A DNA stretch of 64,000 bases. It comes from Bacteroidales bacterium. GTDB lineage: Bacteria > Bacteroidota > Bacteroidia > Bacteroidales > F082. The stretch is from NCBI GenBank assembly GCA_045615285.1, contig JAZLEO010000011.1, forward strand, positions 5,235 through 69,234, written 5' to 3'. Positions 57,466 through 64,000 of this stretch are shown in pieces; position 1 is the first letter of the stretch; the number at the start of each line of letters is the position of its first letter. Both the position numbers and the translations under genes were made by a program. The notes beneath the pieces were generated by a model. The model was given only the letters and a program-made list of their open reading frames with translations. It was not told where the DNA came from and did not search any database.

Positions 57466-57679
57466 GATCTTATGTTTTAAAGTTAATGAATATTAATCTA
57501 ACAAATTTCGATTAGAAATGTTTTGTTTTACGATGCAAAAATATGTAACTTTTGAACATCTGTCAAGCGGATAATTTCGATAGGCGTATCGATTTTGTCG
57601 ATATTACTATTCTTATAAATGAAATAAAGCAGCTCTTTTTTCAATGGAGCTGCTTTATTATCTTCGTCCGAATAAAGAT

Positions 57680-59146
57680 TTATAGATTCTCGATTTCCTT
57701 TACTAGATTGTCTATCAGTGAGTTCTTTAAATCGTAAAGAGCATCTGAGATGTCGCATTTGTAATAGTGCGGATTTATGAGACGTTTTTGTGAATCGTCC
57801 AGATGTGACAGATTGTCTTTGTAATATGCTTGTTTCTCTTGTATCGAAGTGTCTTGGTAAATAATTTCGCCGTCTTTTACGATCTGCTGCTGCAAAGTGC
57901 GGAATTCGTATTTCCCTTCTTCAAAAGTCATCGACTTGAATCTGTCGCGTTCGTCACGGACTGTTATCGTTTTTCCGGTTTCGATGTTTCTTGACAATTC
58001 GTCGCCTCGGAGACAAGTGACATCGACCTTGAATCTGCCGTTCTGTATTATTCTGTATGTGATCTGAAATCCAGGGTTTATGAGTTTTGTCGTTTCTTCG
58101 GAACGTTTCAAGACTGGCATATCGTCAACCTGAACGAGTTTGAATACATTGCCGAAGCAAGGATTGTGTTTGCTTGTAGCGATGGCGTCGCCTACGCCGT
58201 ATGAATCGACTTGGCATCCTTGACGTTCTAATTCTGTGATGAGATATTCGTCTAATGCGTTGGTGGCGAATATTTTACAGTTTTTAAGTCCAGCTTCGTT
58301 GAGCATTTCTCTGCATTTTATCGAGAGATATGTCAAGTCGCCGCTGTCTAATCTTATTCCGTAGCCGTACTGATAATTGTCGTCGATGCCGTTTTCTTTA
58401 AAAGCCTTGATGGCGTTTTTGATGCCGCATTTTAAAGTGTCGTAAGTGTCTATTAATAATATGAGTACTTCCGATTTATGTGTTTTGATATAGGTGTCGA
58501 AGGCTGTGAATTCGCCTTTTATGCTGCATCCGAATGATGTGACGTAGCTGTGAGCCATTGTTCCTGTTGGCGGGAAGCCGAATTTTGTTCCGGATACGAT
58601 GTTGGAGCTGTTTGCGCAGCCTCCGATTAAAGCTGCTTTTCCTCCGTAGATGGCTGCCCAAGGTCCGTGGGCGCGACGGCTGCCGAATTCGCTGACAGGT
58701 TTTGAAGTGCTGCGAGTGACGCGGGAAGCCTTTGTCGCTACCGCCATCTGGTGATTCATGATGGAAAGGAGCGGAGTCTCAAGGACTTGGCCTTCAATGA
58801 TAGGTGCTTCTATTGTAATGATAGGTTGTGTCGGAAATGCGATTTCACCTTCACGCATGGCATAGACGTTGCCTGTAAATCTCATTGAAGCGAAATATTT
58901 GCGGACATCCTTGTATTCTTCGCCAGGTAAGAACTGCTCGAAAAAATGTTCGTCACCGCAATTCAGGCCTTTGATGACTTCCAGAGCTTCTGTGATTCCG
59001 CTTACGACGGCCCAGTTATTCGTGTCTGGAGCTTTTCTGTAAAAAAGGTTGAAAACTGCACGTTTGTCTTTCATTCCACTGTCGTAGAAAGATTTTCCCA
59101 TTGTATATTGGTACTTGTCTGAACAATAAGAAACATTTAATTCCAT
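57680..59146 (-). CDS. pncB: Nicotinate phosphoribosyltransferase
   Basis: 488 aa. TDKYQYTM-type opening (SDKYQYTMGK), GTMAHS, and IRLDSGD motifs. Confidence 0.9.
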   Translation of the reverse strand: MELNVSYCSDKYQYTMGKSFYDSGMKDKRAVFNLFYRKAPDTNNWAVVSGITEALEVIKGLNCGDEHFFEQFLPGEEYKDVRKYFASMRFTGNVYAMREGEIAFPTQPIITIEAPIIEGQVLETPLLSIMNHQMAVATKASRVTRSTSKPVSEFGSRRAHGPWAAIYGGKAALIGGCANSSNIVSGTKFGFPPTGTMAHSYVTSFGCSIKGEFTAFDTYIKTHKSEVLILLIDTYDTLKCGIKNAIKAFKENGIDDNYQYGYGIRLDSGDLTYLSIKCREMLNEAGLKNCKIFATNALDEYLITELERQGCQVDSYGVGDAIATSKHNPCFGNVFKLVQVDDMPVLKRSEETTKLINPGFQITYRIIQNGRFKVDVTCLRGDELSRNIETGKTITVRDERDRFKSMTFEEGKYEFRTLQQQIVKDGEIIYQDTSIQEKQAYYKDNLSHLDDSQKRLINPHYYKCDISDALYDLKNSLIDNLVKEIENL

Positions 59147-59160
59147 ATCGAAACGTTTTA

Positions 59161-59190
59161 AAAAAAAAGACTGACTAATTTAGCCAGTCT
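59161..59190 (-). terminator. Intrinsic terminator downstream of tRNA-Arg
   Basis: On the minus strand, stem AGACTG/CAGTCT (59185-59190 / 59168-59173) is followed by U8 (plus-strand A-run 59161-59168). Confidence 0.55.
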
Positions 59191-59202
59191 CATTTGATTT
59201 TG

Positions 59203-59276
59203 TGATCCGGTTGGGATTCGAACCCAAGACCCACAGCTTAGAAGGCTGTTGCTCTATCCAGCTGAGCTACCGAACC
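59203..59276 (-). tRNA. tRNA-Arg (anticodon TCT)
   Basis: A manual cloverleaf folds as GGTTCGG-TA-GCTC-AGCTGGATA-GAGC-A-ACAGC-CTTCTAA-GCTGT-GGGTC-TTGGG-TTCGAAT-CCCAA-CCGGATC-A (74 nt). Confidence 0.9.
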
Positions 59277-59292
59277 ATCGCTTTTGCGTCTG

Positions 59293-59300
59293 CAAAGATA
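59293..59300 (-). promoter_or_regulatory. -7 promoter box (TATCTTTG on the minus strand) for tRNA-Arg
   Basis: Plus-strand CAAAGATA lies 17 nt upstream of the tRNA 5' end. Confidence 0.45.
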
Positions 59301-59380
59301 CAATTTTTTATTTATATAAACACAAAAAAATAATATTTTTTTTAATTTGCATATATTGCTAATAATCAGTGATTAAGAAG

Positions 59381-59641
59381 CTATATTGTATAGACGGTCT
59401 GCTGTATTTTGGATTTTTTTACATCAATTACACTTCCTTGGAAGATGCATTCATTGAGTTCTACTATGGCTACATACGCTTCATGGTCGTTGGGCATTTC
59501 TACGAAACCATAACATTTGGAGCGGTTCGTCACTCTGTCCATTATCACTTTGGCCGATTCCACTTTGCCAAACTTGCCGAATAACGCAACTAAATCTTCA
59601 GCTTTGGTATAAAATCCAAGTTTTGCGACAAAAATTTTCAT
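59381..59641 (-). CDS. RRM-type RNA-binding protein
   Basis: 86 aa. RNP2 IFVAKL and RNP1 KCYGFVEM. Confidence 0.85.
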   Translation of the reverse strand: MKIFVAKLGFYTKAEDLVALFGKFGKVESAKVIMDRVTNRSKCYGFVEMPNDHEAYVAIVELNECIFQGSVIDVKKSKIQQTVYTI

Positions 59642-59787
59642 AAATCAATAAATAACATTCTCTTAATTAAAAATAATCTGCAATTTTTTCGTATAACTTT
59701 GTTCTGCAAATTTAAGATAATAATTCTAATTGTGAGAATATTATTTGTATTTTTCTTAATATATTTTAAAGAAAGGCTAAGTTCTAC

Positions 59788-60864
59788 TTATTCAGTGATT
59801 TCAATGATTTTTTTCATTATGTCGGTGTTGTCCATTATGCCTGAGAATTTGTTTGCGCCAGGTCCGAATGCGAAAATCGGGACAGGAAGTGGGGAGTGAC
59901 TGCCATTTGAAAAATGAAATTCTGTTTTTGAATATCTTCCTTCTGGATCTATAATTGTCAGACCTCCTGTTTCGTGGTCGGCCGTGACTATGACGAGTGT
60001 GTTCTGTTTTTCTTTGGCGTAATCAAGAGCTACTCCTATGGTGTTGTTGAAATCTAACAATTCGTTAACCAAATATGTAGAATCGTTGTTATGACCTGCG
60101 AAGTCGATCTGCGAACCTTCAATCATGAGGAGGAAGCCGTTTTTGTTTTCAAGATTTTTTAGTGCCAAAGTTGTCGCGTTTGGCAAGAAATCGCCTCTGT
60201 TAGGATAGGAGGGAAGGTGACCTTCATCGGCAAGGACGAGGATTTTTTCAGAGTTTGTATCTATATTAATTAATGTGTCGTAATAATTCCAGCCTTCAGA
60301 CTGCATTTGTTTAATCAAGTCGATGCTGTCGGTTCTTTGGTTGAAATGTTTTCTTCCGCCACCTATTAACAAATTGACTTTTTCACAATTTGCGAAATCG
60401 TTCGCTATTTCTTCGTAATTATTACGGTTGATGTTTTTAGCCACAAAAGATGCCGGTGTCGCATGTGTTATGTAAGATGTCGCAATTACTCCGGTTTTCA
60501 TGCCTTTGTCGGAAAGGATTTCGAGTATGCTTGGTACGGGGATGCTGTCGGCGTTCATGCCTATCATTCCGTTATTAGTTTTATTTCCTGTAGCGATTGC
60601 TGTGCCACCGGCGGCGGAATCCGTTATTTTGTGAGATTTTGAAGTCGTTTTTACTAATCCTGAGACTGGAAATTGCTCGAAAGCAGTAGGTGAATCTGTC
60701 GTAAGCATGGATGCATATATTTGCGGAATGCTCATTCCGTCACCGATTAACAATATTATGTTTTCCGGTTTATTATATGATGAAGAATTGCTTTTGTTTG
60801 TACAAGATATTGATAATGATAATATTATAATTGATAATGCGGATAAAAACAAGTGTTTTTTCAT
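59788..60864 (-). CDS. Alkaline phosphatase (PhoA family), lipoprotein
   Basis: Lipobox LSISC, GDGMS, the active-site TDSAAGGTA (DSAA Ser nucleophile), and ADHETGG. Confidence 0.85.
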   Translation of the reverse strand: MKKHLFLSALSIIILSLSISCTNKSNSSSYNKPENIILLIGDGMSIPQIYASMLTTDSPTAFEQFPVSGLVKTTSKSHKITDSAAGGTAIATGNKTNNGMIGMNADSIPVPSILEILSDKGMKTGVIATSYITHATPASFVAKNINRNNYEEIANDFANCEKVNLLIGGGRKHFNQRTDSIDLIKQMQSEGWNYYDTLINIDTNSEKILVLADEGHLPSYPNRGDFLPNATTLALKNLENKNGFLLMIEGSQIDFAGHNNDSTYLVNELLDFNNTIGVALDYAKEKQNTLVIVTADHETGGLTIIDPEGRYSKTEFHFSNGSHSPLPVPIFAFGPGANKFSGIMDNTDIMKKIIEITE

Positions 60865-60968
60865 GGTAAAAATATTTACTTACAAAGTTATCTATTAATA
60901 TTGAAATAGGGATAAAAATAAAAAATAATTTTTTTTGAAAAAAGTGTTGCACGTATCGAAAAAATATG

Positions 60969-60976
60969 TACCTTTG
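60969..60976 (+). promoter_or_regulatory. -7 promoter box (TACCTTTG) for the tRNA array
   Basis: TAnnTTTG match 23 nt upstream of the tRNA-Ser 5' end. Confidence 0.5.
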
Positions 60977-60998
60977 CACTCGCAAAACCACGGAACAC

Positions 60999-61086
60999 GG
61001 AGAGGTGGGTGAGTGGCTGAAACCAACAGTTTGCTAAACTGTCGTAGTCCCAAAGGCTACCGGGGGTTCGAATCCCCCCTTCTCCG
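60999..61086 (+). tRNA. tRNA-Ser (anticodon GCT), class II with long variable arm
   Basis: Acceptor GGAGAGG/CTTCTCC, anticodon stem-loop ACAGT-TTGCTAA-ACTGT, long variable arm, and T-arm GGGGG-TTCGAAT-CCCCC. Confidence 0.9.
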
Positions 61087-61096
61087 CCGCGATTAT

Positions 61097-61171
61097 CGGG
61101 GCATAGCGCAGTCCGGCTAGCGCACCTGCTTTGGGAGCAGGGGGTCCCAGGTTCGAATCCTGGTACCCCGA
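61097..61171 (+). tRNA. tRNA-Pro (anticodon TGG), copy 1
   Basis: CGGGGCA-TA-GCGC-AGTCCGGCTA-GCGC-A-CCTGC-TTTGGGA-GCAGG-GGGTC-CCAGG-TTCGAAT-CCTGG-TACCCCG-A (75 nt). Confidence 0.9.
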
Positions 61172-61200
61172 CAAATTAAAATGTGAAGTGGTTTTGTAAT

Positions 61201-61275
61201 CGGGGCATAGCGCAGTCCGGCTAGCGCACCTGCTTTGGGAGCAGGGGGTCGCAGGTTCGAATCCTGCTACCCCGA
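61201..61275 (+). tRNA. tRNA-Pro (anticodon TGG), copy 2
   Basis: Identical to copy 1 except for a compensatory T-stem change (GCAGG/CCTGC instead of CCAGG/CCTGG). Confidence 0.9.
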
Positions 61276-61286
61276 CAGAGAAAACC

Positions 61287-61319
61287 AAGGAGTTACAGCA
61301 AATGTGACTCCTTTTTTTG
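61287..61319 (+). terminator. Intrinsic terminator ending the tRNA array
   Basis: Stem AAGGAGTTACA (61287-61297) pairs with TGTGACTCCTT (61303-61313), with one G-U, followed by a T-run to 61319. Confidence 0.75.
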
Positions 61320-61461
61320 TTTTCCCCACGTATCTCAAGTATCTTCACGGATTTTTGGGAACAGTCCGAAAAACACCTCCACCTTCATTGTACTATCGTG
61401 CGATTTTTATCAATGCAACGCCCTTATCGAACTTGGTTTGAGCATATCTCATAAAAAACAC

Positions 61462-62100
61462 TCAGAACATTGCTGTCATTTTCCTGATTTTGGCAAGACG
61501 CTCAAGAAAAGAAGAATCTTGTTTGATAATCTGCATGTTATAATCCATTTGCATTCCTGTGAATATGTGTGCAGGTATTCCTAAGGCAGCTTCTATGAGC
61601 AATGCTATATCCGCAGAAATAGGCTTGCGGCAGTTTAAAATGTCGTTTATATTTTTGTACGAAATGCCAATTTGTTCTGCGAATTTCTTTTGTGAGATAC
61701 CTCTATAATCCAACTCTTCTTTTAACACTTCGCCTGGATGGATTGGCTTTGAAGGTTCAAGTTTGTTGGCAGTCGTTTTAAAATCTGCAGATGTGTTTTT
61801 AGATTGAAAGATGAAATTCTCATCAGCATTCCTTTTCTCCAAAATTTTGCATTCGTAGATATATCCGTTATGCAAGCTCATCCATGTCTTAAATGGAATG
61901 CCAAGCTGCGATTCTAATCTCATAGCCAAATCTTCATTCAGGTTACGCTTGCCCTTTATAAATTCGTTAAGATGCGTTGCTTGCCAACCAATTGCCTGAG
62001 CAAAATCTTTTTGTTTTATACCACGCTCTTTTAATTCTTCGCATAGGATTTCTCCAGGATGAATTGCTCTGTTGGAAATTAATCTATTATTTGTTGCCAT
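61462..62100 (-). CDS. higA: HigA-family antitoxin with two tandem HTH (Xre-type) domains
   Basis: 212 aa. Domain 1 is IHPGEILCEELKERGIKQKDFAQAIGWQATHLNEFIKGKRNLNEDLAMRL. Domain 2 is IHPGEVLKEELDYRGISQKKFAEQIGISYKNINDILNCRKPISADIALLI. Confidence 0.8.
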   Translation of the reverse strand: MATNNRLISNRAIHPGEILCEELKERGIKQKDFAQAIGWQATHLNEFIKGKRNLNEDLAMRLESQLGIPFKTWMSLHNGYIYECKILEKRNADENFIFQSKNTSADFKTTANKLEPSKPIHPGEVLKEELDYRGISQKKFAEQIGISYKNINDILNCRKPISADIALLIEAALGIPAHIFTGMQMDYNMQIIKQDSSFLERLAKIRKMTAMF

Positions 62101-62413
62101 AATGAGTGCTGTCTATTTCTAAAAGTTCAACTTCAATTCCGTCATCTGTCTCTGTAAATAACAAACGTTCAAGCATTCCGTTCACAATACGTACAGAACT
62201 TTTGGCTTCTTTTTGATATTTCAGTTTTTCATAATGCAGAAAACTAAAATATTTAAGTTCTTCCGTAGATTCTACATCATACATTATAGAGACAGCTCTT
62301 TGATAACCTTTAATTAGCCTTATGTTTCTGCATATTTTCTTATATTTCCGATCTTCGGTTTTCCCGTTCTCATATAAATCAGACAAGGCTTTGTCTTTAA
62401 ATGTTATTTTCAT
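62087..62413 (-). CDS. higB: HigB-like (RelE/ParE superfamily) toxin
   Basis: Start at MKITFKDKALSDLYENGK... It has LHYEKLKY....SSVRIV and a terminal HYGNK, and lies upstream of and overlaps the antitoxin by 14 nt (the HigBA toxin-first order). Confidence 0.7.
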   Translation of the reverse strand: MKITFKDKALSDLYENGKTEDRKYKKICRNIRLIKGYQRAVSIMYDVESTEELKYFSFLHYEKLKYQKEAKSSVRIVNGMLERLLFTETDDGIEVELLEIDSTHYGNK

Positions 62414-62440
62414 ACAATAATGGTATTCGTTTCTCGGGAG

Positions 62441-62448
62441 CAAAGATA
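62441..62448 (-). promoter_or_regulatory. -7 promoter box (TATCTTTG on the minus strand) for higBA
   Basis: Plus-strand CAAAGATA lies 28 nt upstream of the higB ATG. Confidence 0.45.
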
Positions 62449-62451
62449 ATA

Positions 62452-62475
62452 AAAATTACCAAATTTGGTAATTTT
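62452..62475. promoter_or_regulatory. Perfect 24-bp palindrome, candidate HigA operator
   Basis: AAAATTACCAAATTTGGTAATTTT is its own reverse complement. It lies immediately upstream of the higBA -7 box. Confidence 0.55.
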
Positions 62476-62537
62476 GCACAAAATTTTTTCTGAAAAATAT
62501 TTTTCTCAACAGATAGATATTATCTGAAAAACTTTTC

Positions 62538-62545
62538 TACCTTTG
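62538..62545 (+). promoter_or_regulatory. -7 promoter box (TACCTTTG) for a short structured transcript
   Basis: TAnnTTTG match about 80 nt upstream of the 34-codon ORF. Confidence 0.4.
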
Positions 62546-62624
62546 CAAAGCACCTCCGCAGTGGAGTGCAAAGGTGTTATTGAAATTATCTTCTACACTC
62601 AAACTTCGCAACTTTGATATTGGA

Positions 62625-62729
62625 ATGAAGATGACAAACAATAGCACTACGTCATTGGCATGTGTAGTCATTATTGGCTTTTCACATATCCTTTGGTGTG
62701 GGCTATTGTTTTATCCATTCCAATGGTAA
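62625..62729 (+). CDS. Candidate 34-aa hydrophobic peptide (type I toxin-like or leader peptide), unproven
   Basis: My own translation: MKMTNNSTTSLACVVIIGFSHILWCGLLFYPFQW*. The ATG and stop regions pair with each other in a long-range helix. The ORF is below the ORF-track length cutoff. Confidence 0.3.
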   Translation: MKMTNNSTTSLACVVIIGFSHILWCGLLFYPFQW

Positions 62730-62742
62730 TGCGAAGACCAGA

Positions 62743-62782
62743 GTGTGGGATAAAGCAATAAATTCCCACACCTTTCTTTTTT
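62743..62782 (+). terminator. Intrinsic terminator upstream of the 62829 gene
   Basis: 8-bp stem GTGTGGGA (62743-62750) pairs with TCCCACAC (62764-62771), followed by CTTTCTTTTTT. Confidence 0.65.
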
Positions 62783-62828
62783 ATAATCCGCTTTCTTCTG
62801 GGAATTTGGGAGCATAACTGTAGATAAT

Positions 62829-63650
62829 ATGAATCAAGTTAATGTCGATAAAGAAGATATGAGAAACTTCTTTGTAACTAAATTAGCAGAAGGAGGTTTT
62901 GCTCCCAAAAATGTAGGCTATAGGTGGTGGCCTAATTGCATAGAAAACATATTTACAAACAATAAATCACCATATTTGGATTCGGAACCATATCCCTCTC
63001 CATCGTTATATGAACTAATGGTTTTTTGTGTTTACTCAGGAGCTGCATTTACAGAAGTTTTGGAAGTTACACCTGCTTCGTATGATTATTTTCATTGCAG
63101 TCTATTAGATGAACTATACGGACAATTTTGTAAATTAACCAATTATATAAAGAATCAAAGAAATAGTCCATTTTCTTATGAAATTGAAAATGATTTTACA
63201 AATAATGCCATTAACCTTTATGAGTACCTATATGATGTTGTAGAGGAATATTTCACTTCAATTGGTGTTCCTGATTTGCCATTCGAACGCTACTATGATG
63301 GTACTTTATCAGATGGATTTTTTGTGATAATCAATAAGGATCAAGTGTTTAGGGATTTAGATTCAATCGGTGCAAATCTTTATAATGTTGTGAGAGCATT
63401 GCGTACTGGAGAATGTTCATGGCCAGGCATATCTAAGGAATCAATATTATCATCTCGATTATGTAGCACGATAAGAGCTAATTATAGGGATTTAGGCAAC
63501 AATTTGTTTTTTGACATAAGCCAACGCAATATGAAACACACACATGGAAATATTGGCTCTTGTCCATATTGTGGAAGTGGATTTATTACAACTTATTTTG
63601 ATGGTACGGCTGAATGTAATCGTTGTGGACGTACCTTTATATATTGCTGA
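62829..63650 (+). CDS. Hypothetical protein with C-terminal zinc ribbon
   Basis: 273 aa. I recognise no family. The C-terminus CPYCGSGFITTYFDGTAECNRCGRTF is a CxxC...CxxC ribbon. Confidence 0.55.
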   Translation: MNQVNVDKEDMRNFFVTKLAEGGFAPKNVGYRWWPNCIENIFTNNKSPYLDSEPYPSPSLYELMVFCVYSGAAFTEVLEVTPASYDYFHCSLLDELYGQFCKLTNYIKNQRNSPFSYEIENDFTNNAINLYEYLYDVVEEYFTSIGVPDLPFERYYDGTLSDGFFVIINKDQVFRDLDSIGANLYNVVRALRTGECSWPGISKESILSSRLCSTIRANYRDLGNNLFFDISQRNMKHTHGNIGSCPYCGSGFITTYFDGTAECNRCGRTFIYC

Positions 63651-63713
63651 AATGTGTGACATATGATTAAATAATATGCTTAAATAAATTATTAACAATA
63701 AATAATTATTACT

Positions 63714-64000
63714 ATGGACTTGAATTATTTTGACAAAATGGCTTTATCCACATTTACATCTTTGGAAAAACAGTCTCTTTATCAGCTGCTTTGTGGAGTT
63801 ATGATTGTTGACGGACAACGTGACCCAAGAGAAGTTGCTTTTATTAATAAAGTAAATCAAATTATAGGAATTACAACTAGTGATGTTGAGGCATCTCGTA
63901 AATTATCAGAACCAACAATGACAAATTGTCTTCGAAATATGGATACACTAAAGAAAGCTTATGTTGGTAAATTTATGGCTCAAGTAATACTTGCTGATGG
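63714..64000 (+). CDS. TerB-like domain protein (partial, runs off the right edge)
   Basis: My own translation: MDLNYFDKMALSTFTSLEKQSLYQLLCGVMIVDGQRDPREVAFINKV... resembles the TerB/DjlA-N helical module (hydrophobic helix, DG....E..). Tentative. Confidence 0.4.
   Translation, partial: MDLNYFDKMALSTFTSLEKQSLYQLLCGVMIVDGQRDPREVAFINKVNQIIGITTSDVEASRKLSEPTMTNCLRNMDTLKKAYVGKFMAQVILAD

Noticed and set aside
57481-57499. AGTTAAT-GAAT-ATTAATCT inverted repeat in the rubrerythrin 5' leader, considered as a PerR/OxyR-type operator
   Set aside because: Only a 6-7 bp AT-only symmetry, with a poor match to the 7-1-7 PerR/Fur consensus I remember. I kept it only as a note.
61034-61348. 104-aa ORF on the minus strand
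   Set aside because: It lies entirely antisense to the tRNA-Ser/Pro/Pro array and owes its length to the GC-rich tRNA sequences, so it is a spurious shadow ORF. The same applies to 61235..61441 on the plus strand.
62593-62748. Alternative reading of the long imperfect inverted repeat as a MITE-like mobile element or as 6S RNA
   Set aside because: No target-site duplication or terminal repeat signature was visible, and I could not check copy number, so the MITE reading is unsupported. The rod lacks the large central bubble expected of 6S RNA. Both remain formal alternatives to the finding reported above.
1-64000. Searched by eye for CRISPR arrays, rRNA genes, integrases, transposases and IS inverted repeats
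   Set aside because: I saw no regularly spaced direct repeats, no rRNA-like conserved stretches, and no translated ORF with integrase or transposase motifs (R..H..R..Y, DDE). Absence is based on reading only, not on a search tool.

Overview
This looks like a 64-kb chromosomal window from a low-GC Bacteroidota (Bacteroidales-like) genome. Evidence: TAnnTTTG-type -7 promoter boxes in front of most operons, no Shine-Dalgarno sequences, a TonB-dependent receptor/DUF4249 pair, many lipoproteins, and family content. All protein-family names come from reading the translations and from memory; no database search was run. Most of the window is housekeeping: rimM, a TrmN6-like methyltransferase, carbamate kinase, dnaB, a MATE pump, a sigma54-type response regulator and a hybrid sensor kinase. 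It also holds a three-gene RND efflux operon, dnaE, trxA, an FKBP isomerase, a Zn-ADH, a Trx-type ArsC, mnmE, an AddB-like nuclease, MurU/AmgK-like genes, a DUF349 protein, aroC, rubrerythrin, pncB, an RRM protein and alkaline phosphatase. There are four tRNAs: Arg-TCT, Ser-GCT and two Pro-TGG. Accessory content: (1) a McrB-like GTPase plus a large McrC-like nuclease (Type IV restriction-like), followed by a small CDP-alcohol phosphatidyltransferase and a class II Fic protein (38.3-44.4 kb). (2) A tight five-gene envelope operon, made of a 755-aa EF-hand-like membrane protein, a CsgG-like protein, a PEGA-like protein, and DUF4810- and DUF799-like lipoproteins (30.1-34.8 kb). (3) Downstream of the tRNA array, a HigB/tandem-HigA module with a perfect 24-bp operator palindrome, then a strongly self-complementary transcription unit hiding a 34-aa hydrophobic ORF (candidate type I toxin or regulatory leader), then an orphan zinc-ribbon protein and a TerB-like gene. 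Other points of interest are a dense cluster of six DnaA-box-like motifs at 12.78-12.87 kb (candidate oriC or DnaA-titrating site), a DnaQ-like exonuclease fused to DnaE, and a kinase fused to a RapZ C-terminal-like domain. No CRISPR array, integrase, transposase or rRNA was seen.
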